The notes under the pieces are model-generated. The model made no database searches, had not been told where the DNA came from, and saw only the letters and a program-made list of their open reading frames with translations. DNA of 64,000 nt. Source: Thalia democratica. Taxonomy: Eukaryota. Within the stretch, counting starts at the first letter, position 1; each line of letters opens with the position of its first letter. Shown one piece after another: positions 12,271 through 26,337 of this stretch. A program made the translations under genes and the position numbers. The DNA is taken from NCBI GenBank assembly GCA_965202585.1, contig OZ241831.1, positions 32,116,001-32,180,000 on the forward strand. Reading direction: 5' to 3'.

Positions 12271-15200
12271 ATATAAACCAAATTTTTATGTAGATCTTTA
12301 AAATACTTGAAAAAAACGTTTTTACCCTGTATTTTCAAAAATAAAACAAAGTGCTTTTTGTAAATTTTCTAAACTACGTCACAGTAACAAAATAATCTAA
12401 TCTTTAAATCATTTTTTGTAAGCATTTTTAATCATATAATTTGTAATTATAACAAAACATAGTTTTTATTAAAAAAAGTGTTAATGTTCTATGATAAAAT
12501 AATTTCAAAAATATACAATTAATGCCTTAGTAAACAGTTTCGTATATTAACTACACAAAAGTTACTAAAAACGGTAACTGGTTTTCAGTTAAAAGACTAA
12601 GTATTAATTTATAAATTTCTATTTTTTTGTTATTTAAAACTTCTTATATTAACAAAATTTTGGGTTCTTTAACAAAATATTTTAAAGTAAAATCAACAGT
12701 CATAACTTACAAACTTTTATAGGCATAATATTCGTTGCTTAACTTTATAGTAAAATCTCATTTTTAAACATCTTTTTTTATTTCTCTCATATTCTACTTT
12801 ATTTTGCTATCAACTAAGTTGTAGTCTCGTAACAATCATCTTAAATTTTTTTTTTCGATTTCTCAATAATAACTTAATTAGTTTAGTCAATCTTTAGCCG
12901 TACTTATAAAGTTCTGGTTTAAACTATTAATTATTTAAACTGTCGGTTCTTTATTACTTTCTTGTTTGAAAATAGTGGCAGTAAAAGTTATACCAAACAG
13001 GTTTACTCTTAAGATTTTTTAAATAATTGAGAATTTAGTATGCTTATTAACTCTACTAGTACAAATAAAACAACGTTTAAAAATTTTACACAAACATTTT
13101 TCAAAAATCTTCTTTACTCCGAACACAATTTTAATGAGACCTAAACATTTTTAGATGTTATATAGCTGTAAATGAAATAAAAAGTAAGTTTTTTTAGTTA
13201 TTTTTATTAGATATTAATTCTTATAAAGAATTTCTGAAATTTAACTAAACCTCTTTATAAACTTTTGCATAGTTTATCATTTTTATTTTCTATAACACAG
13301 TCTCAGTTTGATAATCCGTTCAGCGGTGGAACTTAGTAGCTGTCTGAATATGTAATAAACGTTTTTCAATATAACATATTAACTAAAAGGTTTATAAACT
13401 TAAAAGTTAGTACATTTGCTTTCTTCAAGCAAGTTAAATAACTAAGCAATCTTTTAAAAATTTCTCGAGCTACCATTTTAGATGTTAAAAGTTTATTTCT
13501 TAAAAAAATAACTGAATTGACATCGTAAAAACTAATATTTAAGAACTAACTATTCATATTAGTCAAATTTTTTTTTATCACAGAACAGTAGAAATGGTTT
13601 GTCTTTCTACCAAGATTATTTAAAAAATTAAAACTAAGAAAACATGTTATAGATAGTTTGATACTTGTATACAACTACGAGCAATTATACTTCACAAATG
13701 GTATTTAAGTATGCGCTATTTAATATTAACTAAAAACAATCGTTATTAACTGTTCCGCTATGTATAAAACGCGTTTAACTTTCTTTTACATAACTTACTT
13801 TAAATACTTTTTAAGAAAGTTTTATAAAAAAAGTTGTGTGCAAAAACTGTTTTTGACAAAAAATTACTAGCAGTGTATAAATATATTTTTTTTATGAGTT
13901 TAAAAAATTATAATGTTCTATCAATTTATCCTGGTGCTTAGAAAGTTAAATAGCTATAATTGTTTACGGTTCTCTTAAGAACAACAACAGCAAAATTATA
14001 TTTTAATATGTAATTATGGTTTTATAGTATAATCAATTCAATTGTTTTTTTTTTGTGTAGAATACATTTCAATATTTTTTTTCTTCAAAGGCATACTAAA
14101 CCTATAATATATACCTTTAAACTTTATTTTTTGATGAAAAGTTTTTAAAAATAGTAAAAGTTTTTATATCAGTTACACATTGAGTTTTAAGAAATTTTGT
14201 TCATTACAAATTAAGATTAACTAGTAGTTTTATAAAATTTAACGATTTTAACTTTTAAAATCAAGTTTAATTTTATTGTAATAAAAAAAACGTAAAAGTA
14301 CTTAATGCACGAATTTAAGTAAACTAATTTGCTACTATTCATCAATATAAAACTTAAAGCTTTTCTAGTATTATTAAATTTACCTGTAGAAATCATGTTA
14401 ACACTTTTATGATATATCAAAGCAATAAAATAATATTTTAGAAAATTTTAATAGACGTTTATAAGGAATTTAATTTTTTACAGTTATATGTAAACTAACA
14501 TTATGTTTTTATTTAAAGCTGTTTTTTAAACAACATTTAAATGTTTTTATAGTTAAAAGAAAATTTATAATAGACTTAGTTTAACTATAAGTTTGATTTT
14601 TAAAGTTTAAACAGTTTTCTTAAACTGTAGTTATACTGATGTTGAAAAACTCTTTTGAAACATTTTTATATTTTAATAATCCTGATTTATTCTTAAACTA
14701 CTTAGTAAAAGCGTCTAAAAGTTGCTTACATAAGTTATAATTTTTGTTTAATAAAAACAAAAAGCCTTAAGTGTAAAATTTATTTTTTTTCACAAAACAA
14801 TTAAATTAATAAAATTATAGAGTAATTGTAAATGTCATGTTTATAGATGATAAAATAGCATACCAAATAATGAGTTGATAAAAAGATACAACATTGATTA
14901 TCATAGAATAAATCAGACTAAAAAATGAAAAAACAACAATAAAAAATTATATAAACTGTATTTAGCAAGTATTTAAAACTATATGAAGTGTAGTGCATTA
15001 TGCTATACTTTTATTGTAAATGTTTCGGTTTCTGTTAGAATTAAAATAAATAAAAAGTGTTCATCTAAAAAAAACATATGAGTATATTTTTCTTTCAAAA
15101 ATATGGTTTTGCTTCTATTTAATTGAATTTGGATAGACAATTTGAATTAAATTGTTGTAACTTATAAAAGATTTCCACTATACTTGCTGTGCTGAAAAAT

Positions 15201-15799
15201 AGTCTAAGTAAGTAAAAAAAAAAAATTTTAATCTGAAACTGCAAACGTTAAATTTAATTAAATTTCAAATACGTTTTGTAATATGTCACTAACGCAAAAC
15301 TGATTAAAAACCTTTTAAAACTTTAATCTCTGAAGAGAAGTATTTGCAAATGTTAAATGCACTAAAAAAAATTTTATATCAATTATGCTCTAAAATGAAA
15401 GCATGAAATACAGATTTTGGTTTCAATTTAATTTAAGATTTACTTAAATCTTAAGTTAATCAGTTTTGTAAAAATAAGTGTTTTTAATTTTGAAGTCAAG
15501 CTTAGTAAAACGTCAACAAATTTAGTTAAAAAACTGTTGATACTATATATATCATTTATATTCAAATGAAATAATAATAAACAAAATTTGGAAAGCTTCA
15601 AAATTGTAATTAATTTAATTCTTAAAGTCGTTAACTTAAATCTTAGTTATTAGATAAATATATATGTGTGGTTAATGAAAAAAAAAATTAAATTTTTTTT
15701 TGTATTTTTAAATACAAACTGTTTAAAAAATTTATAGTTTTTTATAAAAGTTTGATTAAAATCTAAGGTATCTATTATTTTAGTATTACACTAACTTAC

Positions 15800-16015
15800 C
15801 AAATGATAAGCACTTTTTGGGTAATTAAATGAAGAAAACTTGTCATTTAGTCTAAATTGATCTTGAACATCTAAATTGACAAAACTTGTTCCCGCTAACG
15901 CGTTTTTGTTTACTTCTAGACTAACATCGTTAAATTTGGCTGCTCCAAATCTCAAATAACTTCCTACTTTTGCATTCAAACGTTCTTGGCGATTTTTTCT
16001 CACTTTATTGAGCAC
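15800..16015 (-). CDS. RNF220-like: Intact phase 0-0 exon of RNF220-like copy 2
   Basis: tctaaag|GTG CTC AAT...CAT TTG|gtaagt; 216 nt; VLNKVRKNRQERLNAKVGSYLRFGAAKFNDVSLEVNK...AYHL. Confidence 0.75.
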
Positions 16016-16453
16016 CTTTAGAGTTTGAATGTGTTTTCTACGCTTTTTTTAATAAAAGAAGAGTTACTTCAATAGTATTATTATCAAATTTGTTTTGAAA
16101 ATGCCTGTTATATTTGTTTGTATTTAATTACGTTTTTTAGAGTCTAATCTGTAAACAAATTTCTCAAATTTCATATTTGATCATAAATTTTTTTAAATAA
16201 ATTTTAATATACAAAGTATATATAACCCAACAAAAAAAAAGTCGTTAACTAAATATGAAACTAGAATACATATGTATTCTTTCTAAGATATTTCTTATTA
16301 ACAAATCTTTATATGAACGTTTTTATATAGAAACAACTGAACTTGTTTAAACAACTTTGTCAAGATCTTTTAAAAAGGTATACTTTATTATTAGATTTAA
16401 AAAGCCACGAAAATATAAAACTTATAAAGCAAATAAAATTTCTTTACGTCTAC

Positions 16454-19400
16454 TTACTTCAAACTGTTTGATACTTTGTTACCTTTATACAACAAATTGT
16501 ACCAAGTTATAAAAACTAAAGTAGAAATTTTTTCAAGTTTTTTTAACGTTTAAAACGTAGTATTTAAAAATTACTTCCTTTATAACCGCTTTAACGTTTT
16601 GCTTTCAAATTCACTATTACGTAGTCAAATACCAAAAATCTTAATTACATGTTAATTTTTCAAAGCATTATAACAAACATTGTTTCTTATATTAATCACA
16701 GTTGATCAAGAGTTTTTATAAAGATAATCGAAAGTCTTTTGTATGAAAAAATTTAATTAAATAAGTAAGTGCACACAGAACTAGTAAAACAACCAACGGT
16801 GTTTATACTTTCAGGCAAAAGTGCTGTTTTCAAACACAGGAAAACTTTAGCCTAAGAATGCTAAATATTCAATCAAAACAAACAACCACTTCAAAACAAC
16901 TTAACTTAATTTAAAATACTAAATACATTTTAAGCGCAATTTAAATGTTTTTTATTTTACATATACAAGCAAAACTAAAGTTGTTGAAGATAACATTTAT
17001 ATTTTCAATTACCTGAAGCTAAATAGACAGTTTAACTATTTTTGTCAATTTCAAAGTCGACTAAATGTAATTTTTGCAATCAACTTTTTACTGTCCTTAT
17101 ATATTTATATAAGTAGTTTTATTATGTTAACTTTACGATAAGTTATAATTCCACAAATTGCATAACGCATGAAATACAGTGTTAAACAAAGAACTCTGAA
17201 TTTGAAATTGTCTCGTTAATAGAAATAAACGTAACCAGTTTATAAATATTTATTTATGAACTATATCTTAAAACAAAATTAATCTGAGTTATGTTTGAAA
17301 ATAATCATAGGAAAAATATCAAATATAAATTTTGTCTTTAAAAACCAACAAATAAGTATAGCATTTTTATGGTAAAGTTTTAAGTTTAGTACTTAGGTTA
17401 CGTTTAAAAAGACCTGTAAACCACACCAAACTGCTAAAACTTTTGCTTAAACTTGATATTTAAATTGATCTCCTATACAAAATGACAACTTTTCACTAAT
17501 TCATTAAATCAATACACAAGTTGTGAAATGTTTTAACGGTAAGACATTTGAGATGAGCTGAATTTTAAAAAACTAAAACAATCGATTATTTAATTCAAAA
17601 CTAAAACAATACTTTCTTCAAATAGTTTTGTAATTTTTCTAAAACATTTTTGAACTGTCATAGTTTAATAGATTTATTTGGTTTTAGGAAAATGATAAAT
17701 TGCCTCAAATGCACTAACAGTTGTACTTCACCGAACGTAACACAAACAAATAATTTAATTTGAAGTATCGTCATATTGTAAAATATCTATGTTGATCTGT
17801 TTCTTTATTTGTATAATAATTTGAAAGATTTATGTATATATAAACTCATTTCAAAAAAGTTTCATCAACAGATTTTTTAAATATATTTAATGAAATACAT
17901 GTTTAATTTAATGAAAGAACAAAATCACTACGCAATGTAGTAATGCTTTTCTAAACTTTTTTGTTTTTGAAGTATTTTAGATATTTTCATAGTCAAAACT
18001 GAAAAAAACTGTAACCACTTTTTACTATATATTTGATTATAATTAACTTATGTAAAATAATTTAAAGAAGTTTAATTTTTTGTAATTAATCTATTTTACA
18101 AAGTAAACCGAAAGTTAAATGCTAAAAGTGATATTATTATACTTTTGAATAAACACAACTTTACATTTTGTTAAAGATACAAAAGTAATTTTACAAATAT
18201 TTTGTTTAAATCTTTATAACTTTTTCTTAGGGTTATGAGTTTAATGAAAGCAAATGTTTATAATAGGTTTTCTACTTATTAGAAATTAAAGTTTACTAAC
18301 AAACCAATAAGGTATTATACAACAGAAAACATTAAGATTTGTGTTTAATCTTTGCAACTTAGTAAAAAACTGTACCATCTACAAGTGTACTGAGTTGTTT
18401 AAGTTTAAACGTTGTATAGCTTAAAATAACCTGAACATTCGAAAAACTTGACAAACAATTACTTGATTATATTAGTTATCAACACATAAAATTATGAATA
18501 GCAAAACGCATATGATAAAAAGTTATTAAGTTTTATTTACTTAATTTAACTCCAATATATTACAAAAACAAATAAAAAACACTTAAGTTACATAAGTAGT
18601 TATTTGAACTAATTTAGTAGTTAATAATAATATTATTCGATCACTGAAGACAATGTTTTTTAGATTTACTGTTATCTTACACAACTTTAGAAGTACATCA
18701 TGAGTCATGACAAAAATGCACGCATTCAGTATATGTTAAGTTCCAATTATACAGTTAAAATATTTTTATGTTTTAAAACAAGTTATAAAAATTTGTAGTT
18801 AGTGTCAGTTTTAAACTTTAGAATTTATAATTCGTTCGTTAAAACAGATTCACATAGCATCAAAAGCATATTTTTTTGAATTGCTTGAAATTCATGCAAA
18901 TAAATTGCAATTAATTATATTATAAATTATATTATAAATTGCAAATCTACTTAATTCAAACTGTTTGATACTTTGTTACCTTTATGTAACAAACTATACC
19001 AAGTTATTAAAATTAAAGTAGAAAATTGTTCAAGTTTTTTTAATGCTAAAAACGTAGTATTTGAAAATTACTTCCTTATAACCGTTTTCACTATTACTTA
19101 GTCAAACACCAAAAATCTTAAATACATAGTAATTTCTTAAAGCACTATGTTAAACATTTTTTCTTATACTAATCACATTTATTCAAGAGTTTTTATAAAG
19201 ATAATCGAAAGTTTTTTGTATAAAAAAAATAATTAAATAAGTAAGTGCACACAGAACTAGTAAAAGAACAAACGGTGTTTATACTTTCAGGCAAAAGTGC
19301 TGTTTTCAAACACAGGAAAACTTTAGCCTAAGAATATTGAATATTCGATCAAAACAAACTATAAATTCAAAATAACTTAACTTAATCTAAAAAACTAAAT

Positions 19401-21360
19401 TGATTTCAAGCGCAATTTAAATGTCGTTTATTTTACATATACTAGCAAAAACTAAAGTTGTTGAAGATAACATTCATATTTTCAACTACCGGAAGATTAT
19501 AATATAAATTAGACAGTTTAACAATTTTTTCAATTTCAAGGTTGACTAAATGTAATTTTTGCAATAAAGTTTTTACTGTCCTTTTATTAATATACAAATA
19601 ATTTGATTATGCTAACTTTACGATAAGTTATAATACCACAAATTGCATAACGCATGAAACACAGTGTTAAACAAAGAACTCTGAATTTGAAATTGTCTCG
19701 TTAATAGAAATAAACGTAACCAGTTTATAACTGTTTCGTTATGAACTATATCTTATAACAAAATTAAACTGAGTCATGTTTGAGAATAATCATAGGAAAA
19801 CTATCAAATATAAATTTCGTCTTTAAAAACCAACAAATAAGTATAGCATTTTTATGGTAAAGTTTTAAGTTTAGTACTTAGGTTACGTTTAAAAAGAGCT
19901 ATAAACCACACTAAACTGCTAAAACTTTTGCTTAAACTTTATATTTAAATTGATCTCCTATACAAAATGACAACTTTTCACTAATTCATTAAATCAATAC
20001 ACAAGTTGTGAAATGTTTTAACGGTAAGACATTTGAACTGAGCTGAATTTTAAAAAACTAAAACAATCGATTACTTAATTCCAAACTAAAACAATACTTT
20101 CTTCAAACCGTTTTGTTATTTTTATTAAATATTTTTGAACTGTCACCGTTTAACAGATTTATTGGATTTTAAAAAAATGATAAGTTACCTTGAATGCACT
20201 AACAGTTGTACTTTACCGAACGTAACACAAACAAATAATTCAATTTGAAATATCGTCATATTGTAAATATCTATGTTGATCTATTTCTTTATTTGTTTAG
20301 TAATTCGAAAGATATATATCTATATAAACTCATTTCAAAAAATTTTCATCAACAAATTTTAAAAATATGTAGTACATTTTTAATTTTATGAAAAAACAAA
20401 ATCACTACGCAATGTAGCAATGTTTTTCTAAACTTTTTTGTTTCTGAAGTATTTTAGATAATTTCATAGTCAAAACTGAGAAAAACTGTAACCACTTTTT
20501 ACTATATATTTGATTATAATTAACTTATGTAAGATAATTTAAAGAAGTTAAATTTTTTGTAATTAATCTATTTAACAAAGTAAACCAAAAGTTAAATGCT
20601 AAAAGTGACATTATTATACTTTTAAATAAACACAACTTTACATTTTGTTAAAGATACAAAAGTAATTTTACAAATATTTTGTTTAAATCTTTATAACTTT
20701 TTCTTAGGGTTATGAGTTTAATGAAAGCAAATGTTTATAATAGGTTTTCTACATATTAGAAATTAAAGTTTACTAACAAACCAATAAGGTATTATACAAC
20801 AAAAAACATTAAGATTTGTGTTTAATCTTTGCAACTTAGTAAAAAACTGTACCATCTACAAGTGTTCTGATATGTTTAAGTTTAAGCGTTGTATAGCTTA
20901 AAAATAACCTGAACATTTGAAAAATTTGACAAACATTTATTTGATTGTATTAGTTATCAACACATAAACTTATGAATAGCAAAACACATATGATAAAAAA
21001 TTATTAAGTTTTATTTACTTAATTTTACTCCAATATATTACAAAAACAAACAAAAAACACTTATGTTACATAAGTAGTTATTTGAACTAATTTAGTAGTT
21101 AATAAAATAATAAGATTATTCGATCACTGAAGACAATGTTTTTTAGGATTTACTGTTTTCCTACATAACTTTAGAAGTACATCATGAGTCATGAGAACAA
21201 TGCACGCATTCAGTATATTTTAAGTACCAATAATAAAGTTAAAATAGTTTTAAGTTTTAAAAGAAGTTATAAAAACTTTGTAATTAGTCTCAGTGTTAGA
21301 CTTTCAAAATTTTTAATTTGTTTGTTGAAAAAAATTCATATAACATCAAAAACATATGTG
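16454..21360 (+). repeat. Tandem duplication of about 2.49 kb inside the large intron of copy 2
   Basis: aaactgtttgatactttg at 16461 and 18958; cactgaagacaatg at 18642 and 21125. The two units are collinear and roughly 90% identical by eye. Confidence 0.95.
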
Positions 21361-21575
21361 TAATTCAAACTAGTTTGTATACAAATAAAAGGTCAAGCGC
21401 TACAACTTATTAAGACGACCTTTCATTTATGACAATTTAAAAAATACTATCTAAATATGTTGCATTGCAGTTTTGCTATAAGTTCACATCAAATAAACTT
21501 TTAGACTAATTTAAAAAATCAAAATAATATGAAAACTTCGTTTATACTTTTCTTCGTTATAACTTTTTTTGGCTA

Positions 21576-21859
21576 GCTACAAATTTCCGCTACTTTTTTT
21601 TGAATTGCTTGAAAATCATGCAAAGAATTTGCATATTTGCTGAGTCAGCAAAATATTTTTTAAGATTTTTTTAATTTTTCTTTCTATTTATACCCTTATC
21701 CCTAACCCACCTTACCCAAACATAAAAATAACTAAATCAAAAAATTAAATTTTGTTATTAGAATTAAGAATAATATGAAAAAACATTTTCCGACTCAGCA
21801 AATATGCAAATTATTTGCATGATTTTTAAGCAATTCAAAAAGTAGTGGAAATCTGAAGC
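21576..21859. mobile_element. Foldback MITE with long inverted arms (about 85 bp)
   Basis: gctacaaatttccgctac...gctgagtcagcaaaat (21576-21660) is the reverse complement of 21781-21859. The spacer contains cccttatccctaacccaccttaccc. Confidence 0.85.
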
Positions 21860-24751
21860 CACCCACTTTTTATAGATATAATTTTGAAAAATTTATACTA
21901 AGTGATTTCAATAAAAAAATTAAGTTAGTAATATCCGCAAATCAAGCCGTTATCACTAATTCAAAAATTTTCAACATAACCAGCTATAAATAGACAAAAG
22001 TATCGGTAATTTTAACACGCGAATAAAATATCCAAATCTCTGCGTGAATTACTTGTTGCCCGGCTAATTTACATCTTGTCATATGTTTTGCAATTTAATT
22101 TTTTACAAATATATATCATTTTTAAACAATGTTTTGTTTTCAAATGTAATGATAGATTACTTAAAGTAACAAAAGATTAAAAGGCGACATAAAGAAAAAC
22201 TGTTTGTTAAAGTCTAAAAGTTAATAACTGTTTATAAATTAAGTTATATTAAAAAGTTTTAAAGTTAGGTTACAATTTATTTGAATCAGCTTGAAATTTT
22301 GAGATTTTTATTGAAAAATTACGTAAATTACAAGCTTTAAGCTAGTTTTAATACCAACCGAAGTACTAATAGTGTGTGAATATTGAGTAGTTTTGTGTAA
22401 TCAAGACTCATTTACAATATTTTAACAGACAAGAGCTGATAAGAAGGAAATCGTAAAAGTCAGGTAGCATGTTGACGAAAAGTAAACACAAAATGAAGAT
22501 AAAACATGAAAATTGTGACGGCAAAAATAACTAAAAATGATTGCTATACTAACAATGTAAAACTTACTAAACGTAAATTAATGTAGCATTAATAAACTGG
22601 TAGAAATTTTAAGCACTTGTTTGCAATTAACTTTTATAAACTATTTTATCAAAAATTCATGCTTATTTTAATATGAAATATAAGTTATGGCAACACTACA
22701 ACTGATAACTTCTTTGTAAGTGTACAACATTTATACCAACCTTGCTTCTGATTAGTGAGTTTGAAACTAATTCTTTACCATCATAATTTCTTTTTAATTC
22801 TTTTTCCTGTTTTTTGTTACTTAAATTAGTTTTTTACATTATAATAGCAGCAAACAAAATCTTAATTTATCTAAAGCAAATAAATTATTGCTTTTCAAGA
22901 TTTTGCTACTAAATTCATTATTTGTATATTTATTCTATTTCAAACATCAAATTATTGACTTTTAATATTTGTTATATTTTCGTTTGCTTCCGCAGTATTG
23001 TTTGCTTAAGCAGCTTTAAAACTTAATTATTATTTTCATGAGAATAAAAAAACGACGTACATAATCATGATGACGTTTTGTCAGTGATCATTTATATCCA
23101 AAACTAAGTCAAGTTTAAAACTTGTCAAAACTTAAAACTATTTGACTAATTTAGTCCTGTAACAATAGAAAACTATCTTCTAATAAGACGTAAAAAGGTT
23201 TAGTTTGCTATATAGAAACAAATTACTAACTTCTGATGATTGTTCGTAGTTAGATTTTTCTTCTTCGAACTGATTAGTTAAAGAACTATTTGTAACTCTG
23301 CATTAAGTTATACTTATGCTATAATTGTTTATTATACGATATTATATATGAAAGATTTTTAACCCAAAATTCGTTTATTTGACTAAAGTTAAAAGCAAAT
23401 TTATAACGTAAATTGTTTAAAAGCAGTTTATTGAAGTTTTGTGTTAAGAAGATCATATTGAAGAATATTCATTAAAAATTTAGACAGTTACTAAATTTTA
23501 CTGCTGAACATTGCGATTTTGTAAATATATGTAAACTATGAAAAACTTATAAAAATATCTAGTTAACTTTTAAAAAAATTATTTTAGTTTGATAAACATA
23601 AACTAACTAATAAAGAACTACTACAGAATTCCATAGAACTGTTTTACACAAAGTTTTACACAAAGAAAAATATGTAAATTCAACAAAAAGTACTGCGCAT
23701 ATTGTTTTTTATTATATACTCCAGCGTAATTGCTTTGGTAAGATCTGTATTATCAAACTATTAGCTTGAATTTTTGAACATTTAAATGTGTACTATAAAT
23801 GATATAAGTATACTACAATTTTAGCTTTTATGTAAACTATTTCAAGATTTAAAAGTAATAACCCAGCGATAATAAGTTTTTCCAACTCCATTTCAAAGTG
23901 TTTTTCAACATTACTTTCTTCTAAACTAAATCCGCAAAGAGGACATACTTTTTCTGTTATTAAGTTGTTGTTTAATGCTAGAAATCTGTTGTAATCTTTT
24001 ACAACTATACCTTTTAGAGGAATTTTGTCATTTTACAGTAGATTTGCAAAGGTTAAAACTAAATGCACTAAAGTGGCGTAAAAGCTTACATGTAACAAAC
24101 AGAGATTTTCCAAGTGTTCACTAAATGGTTTTAAGTCAAGTACTTTAGTTAAGCATGTTTCTAAAATTAATCAATTTTTTCTCATTTACTTTTCCTAACT
24201 ACTAGTTACTCTTTGACTTAAAAAGCTCTTTTTTGTTTGTATTTATGAGACTAATTGTTACAGTTTAGAAAACCAATTTATAACTAAATAAATTCTCATG
24301 TACTAGTTTTAGTTGTATTTGAGTAACTTTTTTTTTATACAAAAACGATGAAATAACTTTTTCTTTTATCCACACTATCAATTTTAATTTTTGCTTTTTA
24401 ACAGCACTTTATTTTAATTAAAACAATTGACGTTAGCTCGTTTATTAACTCTATGTCACCATAAAAACTGTTAATCTGTTTCAAAAGGCTAAAGCAAGTT
24501 AGAATTGTTTGATTATTTGATTAAGCTTCCGAATAAAAAGCAAGGTTTACTTTTCCTCAGAATAAGTTTATATGGTTCAAAATTATAAATTAACATAAAA
24601 AAGTATATAAAAACTTGAAAAAAGTTCGAAATTAGTTTTGTTTTTCTTGAAGTCTAAACTCAAAAACATATTTTTCGCTCTAAAATAAATTTGAACATTA
24701 TTAAAAACTACACGAATAAACAGATTACGAGTTTACAAACAAATGGTCTAC

Positions 24752-24838
24752 CTTTTATTTGCGTGTCATCAGAGGGGTTGAGATCAGTTGAACTTGTTTT
24801 TTCTTGAACACTTGGTTTGACTTTAGATTTTCCATCAA
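24752..24838 (-). CDS. RNF220-like: Intact phase 1-1 exon of RNF220-like copy 2
   Basis: ttttag|TT GAT GGA AAA...ATA AAA G|gtagac; same length and frame as 9723-9809 in copy 1. Confidence 0.75.
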
Positions 24839-26288
24839 CTAAAATTAATTTAAATTTGAGATAATCTTGATTTTTTAATAAAATAGCTAAAATAGCTAAA
24901 ATAGTTTATAACATTTTAAACATATATACAAATTACCTATAAGATAGTTACCATCTGTTTCAATACCAGTACTTTGATTAACACTTGAAGTAGGTAAATT
25001 GACCAAGTTTTCATTCTTTGTTGCACCTGTTTGTTTGAATAAAGTGCAGAGTAGTTCGGTGCTTTTCTAACTTTCGAATAGTTAAAAAGTTTTTGTGGTA
25101 CGGAGGAAAAAAAATAAAACAAAAACGACAAACTACTTGAATGAACAGTGTCTTTTAAACGACAATATGGTGTATTTGGTAAAACAAAGTTTTTTGAATT
25201 GCACGAAGTCATGTTGGTAAATGCTGCATTGTTAATTCTTTTGAATCTTTTCAGAAATTCGAACCATGCATATGACGTATCTACTTAGAAATAAGTTTAA
25301 AGCTTAATAATAGAATAAATTTTGGTTAAGTACTAGATTAAAAATAGTTTGTCATGTAACAGCCAATTTTTTTAATACTAAAAAGTAGTTATTAAAAACT
25401 TAAAGTAAGTTTAGTTCAGTTTCTTATTTTATTTTTTATTAGTTTATATAGCAAAGTATAGCACAACAAAGTTTAAAACTCGATACTAAGCTTTATATGT
25501 TAATTTGGAACAAGTATGCATACACTGTCGTATATATTTTGTAAATACTTATCTTTCAACTAAAACTTCTTAATTTATATATAAATTTTTTGGAATAGCA
25601 AATGTTTTTCTACAATGTTTAAATACGATGGTTTAAAATTTCTTAGACATAGAGTTTATATTCACGCAATAAATGCCTTGAAAAAAATATGTTGTTGATA
25701 AAAGATTTTGTTAATTAAAACATAAAATCTAAATTTTAACTAATTTAATACAAAATTTTGCTTACTCATCTAGTTTATACTAATCAACCATTAAAACATA
25801 AAGTTTGTACTTTTAGGCTATGTCAACTGCGTAACTGTTTTTTAATAAAATTTACTTAACTACCTTATACATTCAAATCAATGATTCGGAAAAAAAAGTA
25901 CAAAAGTCTCCGACCATTCAAATAAACTAATAAGTATATTATACATTTCAAACAAGTAACTGCAAACAGAATGTAAGCAAATTTAACTGACAATGTTAAT
26001 AAAAGGTGATTGTAATTATAAAGCACGTTAAGAAATTACCAGACCATATACAAAAAAATAATGTTTAAAACAAAAACTCAATTTTGTTCTAGTACTAAGT
26101 TTAAAAAACTATGAATTCTACATTAAACAAATTAAAAAATCACAACATTAAGTTAAAAAAAAATTAAACAGTATTTATACGTTTATTACTAAATGGAAAA
26201 ATGTATAAATAAATTGTTACAAATAGTAATAACTTAAAAAAAGCTTACTAAAATTTTTAAGCATATGCAAAGTTTAAAAAATACTTAC

Positions 26289-26337
26289 CTGAACTTTCAA
26301 ACCGACGAATTTTGTATTGTTTAAAATATGGCTCCAT
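26289..26337 (-). CDS. RNF220-like: Probable first coding exon of RNF220-like copy 2
   Basis: ATG at 26337, MEPYFKQYKIRRFESS, then G|gtaagt; the phase-1 donor matches the phase-1 acceptor at 25283. Confidence 0.6.

Noticed and set aside
21693-21717. Telomere-like ccctaaccc
   Set aside because: It is a single imperfect unit in the MITE spacer, not a tandem telomeric tract.
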